The notes below the pieces were generated by a model. The model was not told the DNA's origin, made no database searches, and saw only the letters and a program-made list of their open reading frames with translations. The position numbers were made by a program, and so were the translations under genes. Below are positions 1 through 8,705 of a DNA stretch of 38,222 nt, one piece after another. The stretch spans positions 1-38,222 of the forward strand of contig JAUYCZ010000012.1 in assembly GCA_030704795.1 (NCBI GenBank), written 5' to 3'. The stretch comes from a bacterium. Its GTDB lineage: Bacteria; Patescibacteriota; Minisyncoccia; Minisyncoccales; GWA2-46-15. Each line of letters begins with the position of its first letter. The stretch's first letter is position 1.

Positions 1-1352
1 AAATTGACATCGACGGCGCTTTCTCGTTTCAAGTAACCGGAAACAATGACGGAACCCGAGATCCATTGAGTGCCCACCCGGCCATGGCTGCCAATCGAAC
101 CGACAATCTCCAGTTTTTCCCGGAGATTGCCGGGATAATGATTCCGAGAGAATCTTCCTTTCTGCGCCAAAAAAATGCCTTTCAGTTCCATTTGGTTGGG
201 CGATTGCGGGCCGATGAGAATATTTTTTTCGGCCATCAGGGTCAAGCCGTCTGAGCCGTCATTAATCGTGTAATTGAGGTTGGCGGCCAGGACCGTATCA
301 GTGTCAAGGTTGGGATTAATGAGATTGGCCGAAGCGACCGTCACCTTGCCCTTGACGGTTCCTTCGGGCCAAAGATTGTCTTCGACAAAGATTAGAGAAC
401 AGCTGGAAGGAACGGGCAAGGTCTGATAGAGATATTGGTTGCTGATGGTAAAATAATCGTAATGCCAGCCTTCTTCCAGGCTATAGGCATAGGTGGCCGA
501 AAGACCAGTGATGATCCAGATCTCGACCTGGCCGGCGCTAGTAAATTTCAGGCGATAACCCTTGCCCTGGGAATTAATGTTGACCGAGGGTTGAAGATAA
601 ATACCACCCGACTGAGCCGCCGATTTCATCTGCGACAGATCAATGGTTATGCCGTCAAAGTCAAAAGAGGGCACCGGATAACTAAAGAGGTTGGGATTGC
701 TGTTCTGGGTGGTGGTAAAGACGCCGGGACAAACGCAGTCTGATCCCTGGATCGAACAACCAGAGCTCGTGGGACAGGCAGAGCAACCAAACGAAGAAGT
801 ACAAATCCAGCTTTGCTTGGCCGAGGTCATCAAAGACTGATTTTCTCCGTCCATGCGGACACCGCCGTTAGAATGATAAGGCCCTTTGATCTCGTGATCA
901 CCGCCAATCCAGACATTGTTGTTCAGAATATAGGAATACTTGGCCAGTGATGTTTTGCCGTAAAAAACCTTAATCTTTCTTTTGAGCTGAGGGTATTTTA
1001 AGGTCCAACCCTCACTCCGGGCCTCGCCATAAACCGTTTGGCCGCAAGTAAGGCTGGAATTGGCCTGAAGAGAAAATCTGCCTAGAAGATTTCCTCCGGG
1101 ATCGAAATAGTCTCTTTCTCCCTGACAGGTCGAGACGATGCCGTGATTAAGACACCAGCGATAGAAATCGATCCCGGCTTCGGCTATCTCCAGGGACTCG
1201 GCCGCGGCCGCCTTTTGAGCACTCTGCCGGAGCTGTAAGAGAATAAAACCCAGCAACCCCGACAGCATTAATAAAAACAAGGTGCCGAAAACCAGGGCGT
1301 AAGTGACGATGATTCCTTTTGTGCGGGTAATAGGTTTAGACAGAATTAACAT
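1..1352 (-). CDS. PilX-like pilus assembly / minor-pilin-associated protein (3'-partial, runs off window)
   Basis: Absent from the ORF track because it has no stop in the window. ATG at 1352 overlaps the upstream TAA (TAATG). Translation begins MLILSKPITRTKGIIVTYALVFGTLFLLMLSGLLGFIL (hydrophobic N-terminal helix), then AEAGIDFYRW as in PilX N-termini. It has a Cys-rich middle, stays open to base 3 (...YLKRESAVDVN), and is the last visible gene of the pilus operon. Confidence 0.75.
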   Translation of the reverse strand, partial: MLILSKPITRTKGIIVTYALVFGTLFLLMLSGLLGFILLQLRQSAQKAAAAESLEIAEAGIDFYRWCLNHGIVSTCQGERDYFDPGGNLLGRFSLQANSSLTCGQTVYGEARSEGWTLKYPQLKRKIKVFYGKTSLAKYSYILNNNVWIGGDHEIKGPYHSNGGVRMDGENQSLMTSAKQSWICTSSFGCSACPTSSGCSIQGSDCVCPGVFTTTQNSNPNLFSYPVPSFDFDGITIDLSQMKSAAQSGGIYLQPSVNINSQGKGYRLKFTSAGQVEIWIITGLSATYAYSLEEGWHYDYFTISNQYLYQTLPVPSSCSLIFVEDNLWPEGTVKGKVTVASANLINPNLDTDTVLAANLNYTINDGSDGLTLMAEKNILIGPQSPNQMELKGIFLAQKGRFSRNHYPGNLREKLEIVGSIGSHGRVGTQWISGSVIVSGYLKRESAVDVN

Positions 1353-2326
1353 TATTGCACGGTTTTTAGATTGCGCAGTTCGACAAAAGACTCCAGCTCA
1401 AAATCCGCCGGCGGCCGGTCGGGATTGGCGTTGATAATTAAATAGACTTTCATTAATTTGGTGTCCTTGAGCCGGGCGGGATAAATAATGATTTTGTTAT
1501 TATTGACATCAAAATATTCAAAGATGGGCGGAGCGTTCCGAACGTAATAGCTGAGGTTCTTAACTTCTTCCTGGCCGAGAGGATAGGTGGGTGGCACGCC
1601 CACCGGCTCGGTCACTCCTTTTTTAAATTCATGGCTCAAACCGGTTAATTCTTCGGTCCAGGAAAGAATAAATCTCGCCTTGAGAGCGTGATTGGGATTC
1701 TGCCAGCTGCAGACCGGATCAACCTGGTTGGTGGCGTCAGCTAAAAACTGAAGAGAATTATCGGTGGCCTGACTGGTGACGTCATAAGTCATCGTTCCCT
1801 GCCAAGTCGAGGCGCAATCAGAGCATTGCGTTTGGCAAAGGTTTCCCAGTTTTTGCCCATCGGCGAAAATCTCGGCGTATTCGTTGGAGGCGCCCAGATC
1901 TCCCTCAACGGAAACCTGAACCTGCGCCGTTTTTATCGTTCCCTGCAAAAAATTGGAAAAACTGACGCTGCAGGAACCGCCCTTGCTAAAAACAACGCAT
2001 TCTTTGGTTGAACTGCCCGAGCTCACCTCTCCCAAGAAATACCTGACTCGTTCGGTTTTGCCGTCATTGTCGATGTCGCTGTAAAAAATGAACTCCTTAT
2101 CCTCGGCTTTCTCAATCGGATAGGAGCCGTCATCCCCTTGTTTGGCCTGGCGAATTTCCCGAGTCATCGTCTCGACGCCTTTTCTGGCTTCATCAATGGC
2201 GACGGATTGCTCGTAGGTATAGCCATAGATCCGGTAGCTTAAAACGATAAAGCTCATCAGAGCGCCAGAGGCCAAAGTGAAAACCACGATGGCCACTAAG
2301 GTTTCAACTATGGTAAATCCTTTCAT
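1352..2326 (-). CDS. Prepilin-type N-terminal cleavage/methylation protein (PilW-like minor pilin) with an internal Cys-rich insert
   Basis: Class III signal peptide KG|FTIVE followed by a hydrophobic helix. ATG at 2326 is preferred over the TTG at 2335. Confidence 0.85.
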   Translation of the reverse strand: MKGFTIVETLVAIVVFTLASGALMSFIVLSYRIYGYTYEQSVAIDEARKGVETMTREIRQAKQGDDGSYPIEKAEDKEFIFYSDIDNDGKTERVRYFLGEVSSGSSTKECVVFSKGGSCSVSFSNFLQGTIKTAQVQVSVEGDLGASNEYAEIFADGQKLGNLCQTQCSDCASTWQGTMTYDVTSQATDNSLQFLADATNQVDPVCSWQNPNHALKARFILSWTEELTGLSHEFKKGVTEPVGVPPTYPLGQEEVKNLSYYVRNAPPIFEYFDVNNNKIIIYPARLKDTKLMKVYLIINANPDRPPADFELESFVELRNLKTVQ

Positions 2327-2327
2327 G

Positions 2328-4055
2328 TTATTCAATTTGTTCCAGCATCACGATTTTCGTCTGGTCGCCCGCCACCGAAACCGTGGTCGTCAGGGTGGCA
2401 TAGCCGGGCGCCTGAATTTCTAGGCCATAGGTGGCAGACTGAAGAGGAAGAAAATAGGCTTGGCCCTTTTCGTTGGTGTAAAGAGTTGAGTCGTAACCCA
2501 GCTGGGCATTAGTCAGCCTCGCCTGGGCGGCAAAGATGGGCTCCAGGGTCAGGTTGTTCTGGCTGGTCAGCAAAAGAGAGGTTTGCGCTTTCAGGTAAAG
2601 TTTAACTTGAAGCGTCGTGTTCGGGGCTAAGCCCACCGGCTGCGGCTCGGGATTGGTGACGATCAGATCGAGCGAGCTGCCGGGATTGATGGAAAAATAA
2701 TAATTATCCCATTCAAAAGAGGCCAGGGTAAATTGGCCGGAGCCGTCAGAGACGTGGTCTGAGGAATATTTAAAAACTGGTTGCTCTAAAGCATTGCGGC
2801 CAACAATTTTTTCTCCTCTCAAATGAAAAGGTATCCAGGGGGCGGCCGTCGCTTCGGAAGTCTGCCACGAAACCTGCCAGTCGGAAAGAATCGGCGTCAG
2901 GCTCGGGTCCGGAGTCGAAAAATCGCCGCGAATCCTCAATTGAGGATAAATGGTTTTATCCAAGTTCTTCAAATTGACGGGAGAAACCTCAAAACCAGAT
3001 TCGTTGCCGGGCAAATCGCGGTCGGGAACAATTAGCCAGTTTTCTCCTTGGAGATAAAGAAGGCGGTAAAGAATCTGGGTCGTTCCCGGTTCTGAATCCG
3101 AAAAGGAGAGGTTGTCCCAGGTAATCATGTTCTCTGGAGTGATCGTGGTTGAAATCAAATAGCCCGAGCTTTGATAAGTGGTTAAACTAACCCGGCCCTC
3201 GGCTAAAGAAAGTTGAAAGATCTGAAAAATCTTGCTTTCGTTTAAAAAAGAATCGTAAAACGAGGCCGACCCCCAAGCCGAAAGAGTCAGCACTGCCATC
3301 GTACTCAAACGATCGATGTTAAAACTTAAGGGAATTAATTCGCCTTCCAGAACAATGGGGTGGGGCTTGGCCGGGGTCGTCACCTCCTCGGTCCCGAAAC
3401 TACGCTCCTGGCTGTAGCCGGCCTTCGAAACCACCACTTTGTAAGTGGCCGGACTGAGTGAAAAATAGTGTCGGCCGCTGAGGGGAGTGGCGCTTTTAAT
3501 GACTTGGTTGGTCGCCGGATTCTTCACTTCTATAAGGGGCGAAGGAACCATGGCGCCCGAGGCGTCAAAAACCGAAACTTGAAGAATGCCGCCGATCTCT
3601 GAGCACTCTTCGGCCAGAGAAGCGGGCGCTATATCCGTAATCAAAGCGACCTGGCCCGAAAACCGGCCCGACCAAGAAACTTTTATCTCCACTTTTTTGT
3701 AATCATTGGGGCAATCGTCGGCCGGAGAAACAAGGCCGTCTAAGGCATCAACGACATAGTCAACTCTTCTTTCGACCTGATAATCAACGTTGTTTTGCCG
3801 ACGGGTAGAAAGCTGAGACAAACTGCCCGAAGGAAAACCGTTGATAATCCCGACGGAACCGTAAGGAAGGTTTCTGATTTTTTCGATTTCACCGTTAGCC
3901 AGCTGCGTCGCCACAATCTTGTTGCGGCTCTGGATGATGACTTTCAATCCCAGTTGATAAGCGCCGAAAATACCCAAAAAAACAATCAGGGTCAAAAAAA
4001 TTCCCACCATAGTTTCGACTAAGCTCAAACCTCTTTGAGAAAAAAGGTTTTTCAT
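2328..4055 (-). CDS. Large prepilin-type protein (PilV-like) with beta-sandwich / carboxypeptidase-regulatory-like domains
   Basis: RG|LSLVE prepilin motif with Glu at +5. Ig-like repeats such as TYKVVVSKAGYS and TYGLEIQAPGYAT. 575 aa. Confidence 0.8.
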   Translation of the reverse strand: MKNLFSQRGLSLVETMVGIFLTLIVFLGIFGAYQLGLKVIIQSRNKIVATQLANGEIEKIRNLPYGSVGIINGFPSGSLSQLSTRRQNNVDYQVERRVDYVVDALDGLVSPADDCPNDYKKVEIKVSWSGRFSGQVALITDIAPASLAEECSEIGGILQVSVFDASGAMVPSPLIEVKNPATNQVIKSATPLSGRHYFSLSPATYKVVVSKAGYSQERSFGTEEVTTPAKPHPIVLEGELIPLSFNIDRLSTMAVLTLSAWGSASFYDSFLNESKIFQIFQLSLAEGRVSLTTYQSSGYLISTTITPENMITWDNLSFSDSEPGTTQILYRLLYLQGENWLIVPDRDLPGNESGFEVSPVNLKNLDKTIYPQLRIRGDFSTPDPSLTPILSDWQVSWQTSEATAAPWIPFHLRGEKIVGRNALEQPVFKYSSDHVSDGSGQFTLASFEWDNYYFSINPGSSLDLIVTNPEPQPVGLAPNTTLQVKLYLKAQTSLLLTSQNNLTLEPIFAAQARLTNAQLGYDSTLYTNEKGQAYFLPLQSATYGLEIQAPGYATLTTTVSVAGDQTKIVMLEQIE

Positions 4056-4065
4056 ATTGATCTTT

Positions 4066-5277
4066 TTAGATGGCTTCCAGCATGGAATACATCGGCTGGA
4101 TCATGGAAATGGCAAAAAAACCGACGGCGCCGCCCACGGCCAACATCAGCAAGGGCTCAATCAAAGAAGCCAAGTTTTTTGTCGTATTGGCCACCTCGTC
4201 TTCCAGGAAAGTGGCGAGCTGGTCCAGAATCTGAGACGTTTCTCCGGTCTCTTCTCCCACTTCAATCATCTGAATGACGATCGGCAGATAAAGGTTATCA
4301 TAAGGCTTAAGAGAGTCCGAAAGTTTAGCGCCTTTCCTGACCTTCTCGGCCGCCTCCAGCAACGACTCGCGGAAATAGACATTACCCAGGGTGCCGGCAA
4401 TAATTTCAAGTGATCTAACCAGGGGAACCCCCGAGCCGATCAAAGAACCAAGCGTTCGGGTAAAGTTAGCGGAACTGGTTTCCTTGACCAATTGGGAGAG
4501 AACCGGGATTTTCAAAAAAAATCCATCAAAAAACTGCTTACCCGCCCGGGTCCGGAGAATCCAACGCAGAGAAAAAACCAGAGCCAGAACGATCAAGGGT
4601 AAGAGATACCACCGAGTCTGTAAAAAAACGCCCAGGCCGATGACAATCTTGGTGGTAAGGGGCAGGGGTAACTCCAATTCGGCAAAAGTCTCGGCCAACT
4701 GAGGCACGACAATGATGAGCATTAAAAACCCGATGCCGATCATGGCCGAGATGACCACCAGGGGATAAACCAGGGCGCCGATGATTTTGGATCTTAATTC
4801 TTGCTGCTTTTCCAGTTGCTGGCAAAGATTTTTTAGCACTCCCTCAAGAGTGCCGGATTCTTCCCCCACCTTGATCATATTCTGAAAAATCTCGGGGAAG
4901 ATATCCGGATACTCCCGCAGGCTTTCCGAAAGGCTCTGACCGTGAATTATCTTTTCTTCGATCTCGGTCAGGGCTTTCTTGAACTGTTTATTCCGGGCCT
5001 GAACGGCTAAAGTATCGAGCGCCCGAGGCAAAGAAACTCCGGCCGAGGTCATGACGCGAAGATTACGGATAAAAAAGACTTTATCGGAAATGCCGACGCC
5101 TCGATTGAAAGAAAAAATAGATCTCTTATTCTTTTGAGAAAGTTTCTCAGCTTTAAAAGAAATCAAAAATAACCCTTCTTGGCGCAGGGCGCTGGCTAAT
5201 TCCTGTTCGTCTTTAGCCTCAAAAAACCCTGGTCTGGTGACGCCCGCTTGAGATTTGGCGGTGTAAGAATAACGCAT
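4066..5277 (-). CDS. pilC: Type IV pilus / T2SS inner-membrane platform protein (PilC/GspF)
   Basis: Two T2SSF-like repeats (MIKVGEESGTL, MIEVGEETGE), 'LVYP' and 'IEPLL' motifs, three TM segments, directly downstream of the ATPase. Confidence 0.93.
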   Translation of the reverse strand: MRYSYTAKSQAGVTRPGFFEAKDEQELASALRQEGLFLISFKAEKLSQKNKRSIFSFNRGVGISDKVFFIRNLRVMTSAGVSLPRALDTLAVQARNKQFKKALTEIEEKIIHGQSLSESLREYPDIFPEIFQNMIKVGEESGTLEGVLKNLCQQLEKQQELRSKIIGALVYPLVVISAMIGIGFLMLIIVVPQLAETFAELELPLPLTTKIVIGLGVFLQTRWYLLPLIVLALVFSLRWILRTRAGKQFFDGFFLKIPVLSQLVKETSSANFTRTLGSLIGSGVPLVRSLEIIAGTLGNVYFRESLLEAAEKVRKGAKLSDSLKPYDNLYLPIVIQMIEVGEETGETSQILDQLATFLEDEVANTTKNLASLIEPLLMLAVGGAVGFFAISMIQPMYSMLEAI

Positions 5278-5283
5278 CTAATT

Positions 5284-7038
5284 TTACTCAATAATGACTC
5301 TTAAGATTTCTTCCACCGAGGTCAGTCCCTGGGCCGCCTTAATAAATCCGTCTTCAATCATGGTCATCATGCCCTCCTTTTGTGCCTGGGCCTGAATTTG
5401 GTCGGCCGTCGCTTGTTTGACGATTAGTTCTTTGATGGCAGAACTGACGGTTAAAACTTCATAAATGCCCACCCGGCCGCGATAGCCTTCGGGGCATTCT
5501 TTGGAAGACTTGGGTCGATAAAAATTAATATCTTCCCAGGCGTCTTGGGGCTTGACGATTCTTTCTTCTTTAAGAACGGTTAAGATCTTTTCTAAATTGC
5601 AGTATTTGGCGATGTTTTTTAATTCCGAGGGTTTAAACTTGTAAGCCACTTTATCGTCGGTTAAGCGGCGAACCAATCTCTGGGCCAGGATGACGTTCAG
5701 GGTCGAAGAAATCAAAAAGGGCTCAACCTTCATATCAATCAAACGGGGGATGGATCCGGCCGCCGAGTTGGTGTGGACGGTCGAAAGAACCAGGTGGCCG
5801 GTCAGAGAGGCATTGATGGCCAAGCTGGCGGTTTCATTATCTCTAATTTCACCGACCATGATGACGTCTGGATCTTGTCTGACCAGAGAACGAAGGCCCG
5901 AAGCGAAGGTCAGGCCGATCTTGGGATTGACCTGGGTTTGATTCGTCCGGGGCATACGGTATTCCACCGGATCTTCAACGGTGGAAATATTGATCTCCGG
6001 GGTATTTAAAATCTCCATCATAGCGTAAAGAGTCGTGGTTTTACCCGAACCGGTCGGGCCCGTGATCAAAATCATGCCCACCGGCTTTCTTAAATTAGTT
6101 TGGATCTTTTCCAAAGCCTCGCCGCTGATGCCCAGCTCTTCCAGAGTTAAAGCCGTCGTGCTCTCGGCGAGTAACCTCATGACCACTTTTTCTCCATCGA
6201 AAACGGGCAGGATGGAAACACGAATAGAATATTTATAATCTTCGGTTTCGGTTTTAAACCGGCCATCCTGGGGCAAACGGTGTTCGTCGAGCTTTAAATT
6301 GGCTAAAACCTTGATCCGGGCGACGATGCCCGCCAAAACCCTCTTGGGTAAAATCATCGCTTCTCTCAAAATGCCGTCGATCCGATAACGCACCAAAATA
6401 TCTTTTTCGAACGGTTCGATGTGAATATCGGAAGCTCTTTGCAAAATGGCGTGCCGCAAAAGAGTATCAACGATCTTGATAATGGGCAGATCCTGCGCCA
6501 CCTTTTCCAATTCTGCGTCTTCCAAGGGCAGTTCTCCCGCCTCCGGGACGGACTTAATTAAAGCCTTGGCCTGTCGTGAAATAATTTCCCCAAACTCAGC
6601 TTCCAGGCTCTGATGATACTGCCTCAAGACGTTCTTGATACCTTGAACGGTGGTCAGCCGCGGCAAGATTTTCAGATTCGCCTTTTTTTTAATGAAATCG
6701 ATGGTTCCCAGATCTTCCGGATCAAGCATGGCCACCTCCAAGTTATTACCCCGTCTGCGAAAGGAAACAATATTATGGGTTCGGGCAATTGGTTCCGGGA
6801 TTATCTTTAAGGCCTCGGGATCAATTTTCTCTTTCTCTAAATTGACGAAAGGGATGCCGAAGATATAGGCTTCGAGCTTGGCCAGTTCTTCTTGGGTGAT
6901 CAGTCCCTGAGAAATCAAAACATCGCCAATTCTTTGATTAGTTTCCCGGGCGACCTTCTCGGCCTCATCAAACTGCTCTTCCTTGAGCAGATTGGCGTCT
7001 AAGAGAAAAGCTTTCAGTTGTTGAGGTTCGACGCGCAT
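5284..7038 (-). CDS. pilB: Type IV pilus assembly ATPase (PilB/GspE) with MshEN-like N-terminus
   Basis: ASDIHIEP, LPQDGR, Walker A GPTGSGKTT, Asp box TVEDPVEY, Walker B RQDPDVIMVGEIRD, His box GHLVLSTVH. Confidence 0.95.
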   Translation of the reverse strand: MRVEPQQLKAFLLDANLLKEEQFDEAEKVARETNQRIGDVLISQGLITQEELAKLEAYIFGIPFVNLEKEKIDPEALKIIPEPIARTHNIVSFRRRGNNLEVAMLDPEDLGTIDFIKKKANLKILPRLTTVQGIKNVLRQYHQSLEAEFGEIISRQAKALIKSVPEAGELPLEDAELEKVAQDLPIIKIVDTLLRHAILQRASDIHIEPFEKDILVRYRIDGILREAMILPKRVLAGIVARIKVLANLKLDEHRLPQDGRFKTETEDYKYSIRVSILPVFDGEKVVMRLLAESTTALTLEELGISGEALEKIQTNLRKPVGMILITGPTGSGKTTTLYAMMEILNTPEINISTVEDPVEYRMPRTNQTQVNPKIGLTFASGLRSLVRQDPDVIMVGEIRDNETASLAINASLTGHLVLSTVHTNSAAGSIPRLIDMKVEPFLISSTLNVILAQRLVRRLTDDKVAYKFKPSELKNIAKYCNLEKILTVLKEERIVKPQDAWEDINFYRPKSSKECPEGYRGRVGIYEVLTVSSAIKELIVKQATADQIQAQAQKEGMMTMIEDGFIKAAQGLTSVEEILRVIIE

Positions 7039-7049
7039 TTTTTAAATTA

Positions 7050-7418
7050 TCAGCCCAAAGCTTTTTTAACCTTGTCGACAATCTCTCCCAAGCTGTAATT
7101 GGCTTTGACTAAGTAGGTGGTGGCGCCCAATTCCAGGGCGGTTTCGATGTTTTTCACATCCTCAAGATTGGTTAAGATGATGACCGGAATATGAGACGTT
7201 GCCTCGTTTTCCTTTAATTTCTTTAGAACCTCGAGGCCTGGGAGCCGGGGCAGGATTAGATCCAGAAGGATCAAATCCGGCTTTTCGCTTTGAGCCAGGC
7301 GCAAGCCGACTTCGCCATCAACGGCGGCGACGATTTCGTAACCATCGGACCCCAGGGCATCGCCAAAGGTTTTTTGAAGAACCGGCTCGTCTTCGATAAA
7401 TAAGATTTTTTTGCTCAT
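7050..7418 (-). CDS. Stand-alone response regulator receiver (CheY/PilH-like)
   Basis: ILFIEDE, DLILLD (phospho-acceptor Asp), PVIILTN, YLVKA; no output domain. ATG 7418 is preferred because the 7433 start lies inside a repeat array. Confidence 0.9.
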   Translation of the reverse strand: MSKKILFIEDEPVLQKTFGDALGSDGYEIVAAVDGEVGLRLAQSEKPDLILLDLILPRLPGLEVLKKLKENEATSHIPVIILTNLEDVKNIETALELGATTYLVKANYSLGEIVDKVKKALG

Positions 7419-7425
7419 TTTATTT

Positions 7426-7513
7426 ATCAGCATTAATCGGTTTAATCCGCATAATCAGCGTGGGCACCGGCCCCAACGCTGATTTATACTGATAATGGCT
7501 GATTTATACTGAT
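7426..7513. repeat. Imperfect palindrome built from ~10-bp periodic ATCAGC / RCTGAT modules
   Basis: ATCAGCGT (7454-7461) pairs with ACGCTGAT (7476-7483). GCTGATTTATACTGAT is repeated at 7478 and 7498. RCTGAT occurs at 7478, 7488, 7498 and 7508. Confidence 0.7.
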
Positions 7514-7523
7514 GTTAACTCAA

Positions 7524-8462
7524 CTAATGTTTTATCGGTATAGTGAACCAAAAAGTTGATCCTTCGCCCTCTTTTGATTTAAAGCTCAGCTTGCCGCCGG
7601 ACTTTTCCACGATCGCCTTGGCGATATAGAGCCCCAGACCCGAACCCTGGGCTTGATGACGAAAAGCATTGCCGCCGCGGAAAAACTTTTGGCCGATGTA
7701 TTTTTGGTCATCAGGGAAAATTCCAATTCCATTGTCAACGACCTCAAAATAGAGACCGTTGTTTTTCTTATTGAGAGTGACTTCAACTAAGCCCCGACCC
7801 TTGGTGTAGCGGATGGCATTGTCTAAAAGGTTTTCTATAGCTTGGCCAATTTGAAAAGGATCAAAAAGGGTTTCGGGCAGATTATTTTCTGCCGACAATC
7901 TAACTTCGACATTGGAAGCACGAGCTAGGGGATCTAGCCGGGCGATGGTTTTCTGGACCAATTCTGCCAAAGAAGCTTTCTCCTTCTTGAACAAAAACTC
8001 ATTGCTTTCGATTCGGGAAACGGTTAAAAGATCGGAAACCAGTTCTTCCATTCGTTGACCGTTTTCTCTCAAAATCTGCAGATAGTTGGTTTGTTTTTCC
8101 GGCACCTGTTCAACTTTACCCGAAATTAAGAGATCAATAATCCATCTTAAGTTGGCCAGGGGCGCCCGGAGCTGATGAGAAACAATACTGATAAACTCGG
8201 CCTTTAACCGAACGACCTCGGCCAGCCTTTCAAAGCTCTTGGTAATAGAAAAACCAATGATCATTAAAAGCGTTGACACTCCCAAGACAATCAGGACGAC
8301 GATCTCCGGGTCTTCGGCGTACCCGACTCCGATAAAATAGAGAGTGATAGAAGAGGTAATGACGACAAAACCTAAAATCAAGAAGAGAAACTGCGGACAC
8401 TGCCAAAGCGAAAGTCCGTATTTTTTGCATTGCTTCGCGATATTAAGAGAATCTAACAGCAT
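7524..8462 (-). CDS. Membrane sensor histidine kinase (2 TM, HisKA, HATPase_c)
   Basis: H-box FISIVSHQLRAPL, N-box NLLDNAIRY, G1 DNGIGI, G2 GSGLGLYI. The real start is taken as ATG 8462, because the track's extension to 8630 runs through tRNA-Pro. Confidence 0.92.
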   Translation of the reverse strand: MLLDSLNIAKQCKKYGLSLWQCPQFLFLILGFVVITSSITLYFIGVGYAEDPEIVVLIVLGVSTLLMIIGFSITKSFERLAEVVRLKAEFISIVSHQLRAPLANLRWIIDLLISGKVEQVPEKQTNYLQILRENGQRMEELVSDLLTVSRIESNEFLFKKEKASLAELVQKTIARLDPLARASNVEVRLSAENNLPETLFDPFQIGQAIENLLDNAIRYTKGRGLVEVTLNKKNNGLYFEVVDNGIGIFPDDQKYIGQKFFRGGNAFRHQAQGSGLGLYIAKAIVEKSGGKLSFKSKEGEGSTFWFTIPIKH

Positions 8463-8464
8463 TC

Positions 8465-8493
8465 TTGAATTATACACCAAATTAAAGTAAAGT
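8465..8493. promoter_or_regulatory. Divergent sigma70-type promoters for tRNA-Pro (+) and the kinase (-)
   Basis: Plus strand: TTGAAT (8465-8470), N17, TAAAGT (8488-8493). Minus strand: TATAAT (8474-8469), 6 nt before the kinase ATG. Confidence 0.55.
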
Positions 8494-8501
8494 GGGAAAT
8501 G

Positions 8502-8572
8502 CGGGGCGTAGTGCAACGGTAGCACGAGTGCTTTGGGAGCACTTAGTCCCAGTTCGAATCTGGGCGCCCCGA
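8502..8572 (+). tRNA. tRNA-Pro(TGG), CCA not encoded
   Basis: Acceptor CGGGGCG/CGCCCCG, anticodon arm AGTGC-TTTGGGA-GCACT, T-loop GTTCGAATC. Confidence 0.96.
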
Positions 8573-8649
8573 CACTTCGACTTCGCAAAGCGAAGAAGAA
8601 GTGAGCTGAGCTTGTCGAAGCTCGTCTCACGCTTTGCTTCGCTCAGTGT
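8572..8649. repeat. Composite nested hairpin: a 22-nt REP-like unit split by a 56-nt palindromic insert
   Basis: Outer ends ACACTTCGACTTCGC and TCAGTGT. Inner stems GCAAAGCG/CGCTTTGC, GTGAG/CTCAC and GAGCTT/AAGCTC. CTTCGC is duplicated at 8581 and 8637. Confidence 0.8.
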
Positions 8650-8673
8650 CCTTGACCTTTGAATTTGAAAAAA

Positions 8674-8694
8674 GCCCTGAGTTTGCCGAAGGGC
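8674..8694. repeat. REP-like hairpin copy GCCCTGAGTTTGCCGAAGGGC
   Basis: Stem GCCCT/AGGGC around the core CTGAG-N3-GYCGAAG, which is shared with 8606-8620. Confidence 0.75.
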
Positions 8695-8705
8695 AACAAA
8701 TTAAA

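Noticed and set aside
66-743. Plus-strand ORFs 66-254 and 435-743
   Set aside because: They are antisense shadows of the long minus-strand PilX-like frame, which is open from 1352 to the window edge.
8463-8630. N-terminal extension of the kinase ORF in the track
   Set aside because: It translates the antisense of tRNA-Pro and the hairpin; ATG 8462 has a -10 box at the expected distance.
8572-8694. Possible CRISPR array or mini-array next to a nuclease
   Set aside because: The copies are inverted or nested, not direct repeats with regular unique spacers, and no cas genes are present.
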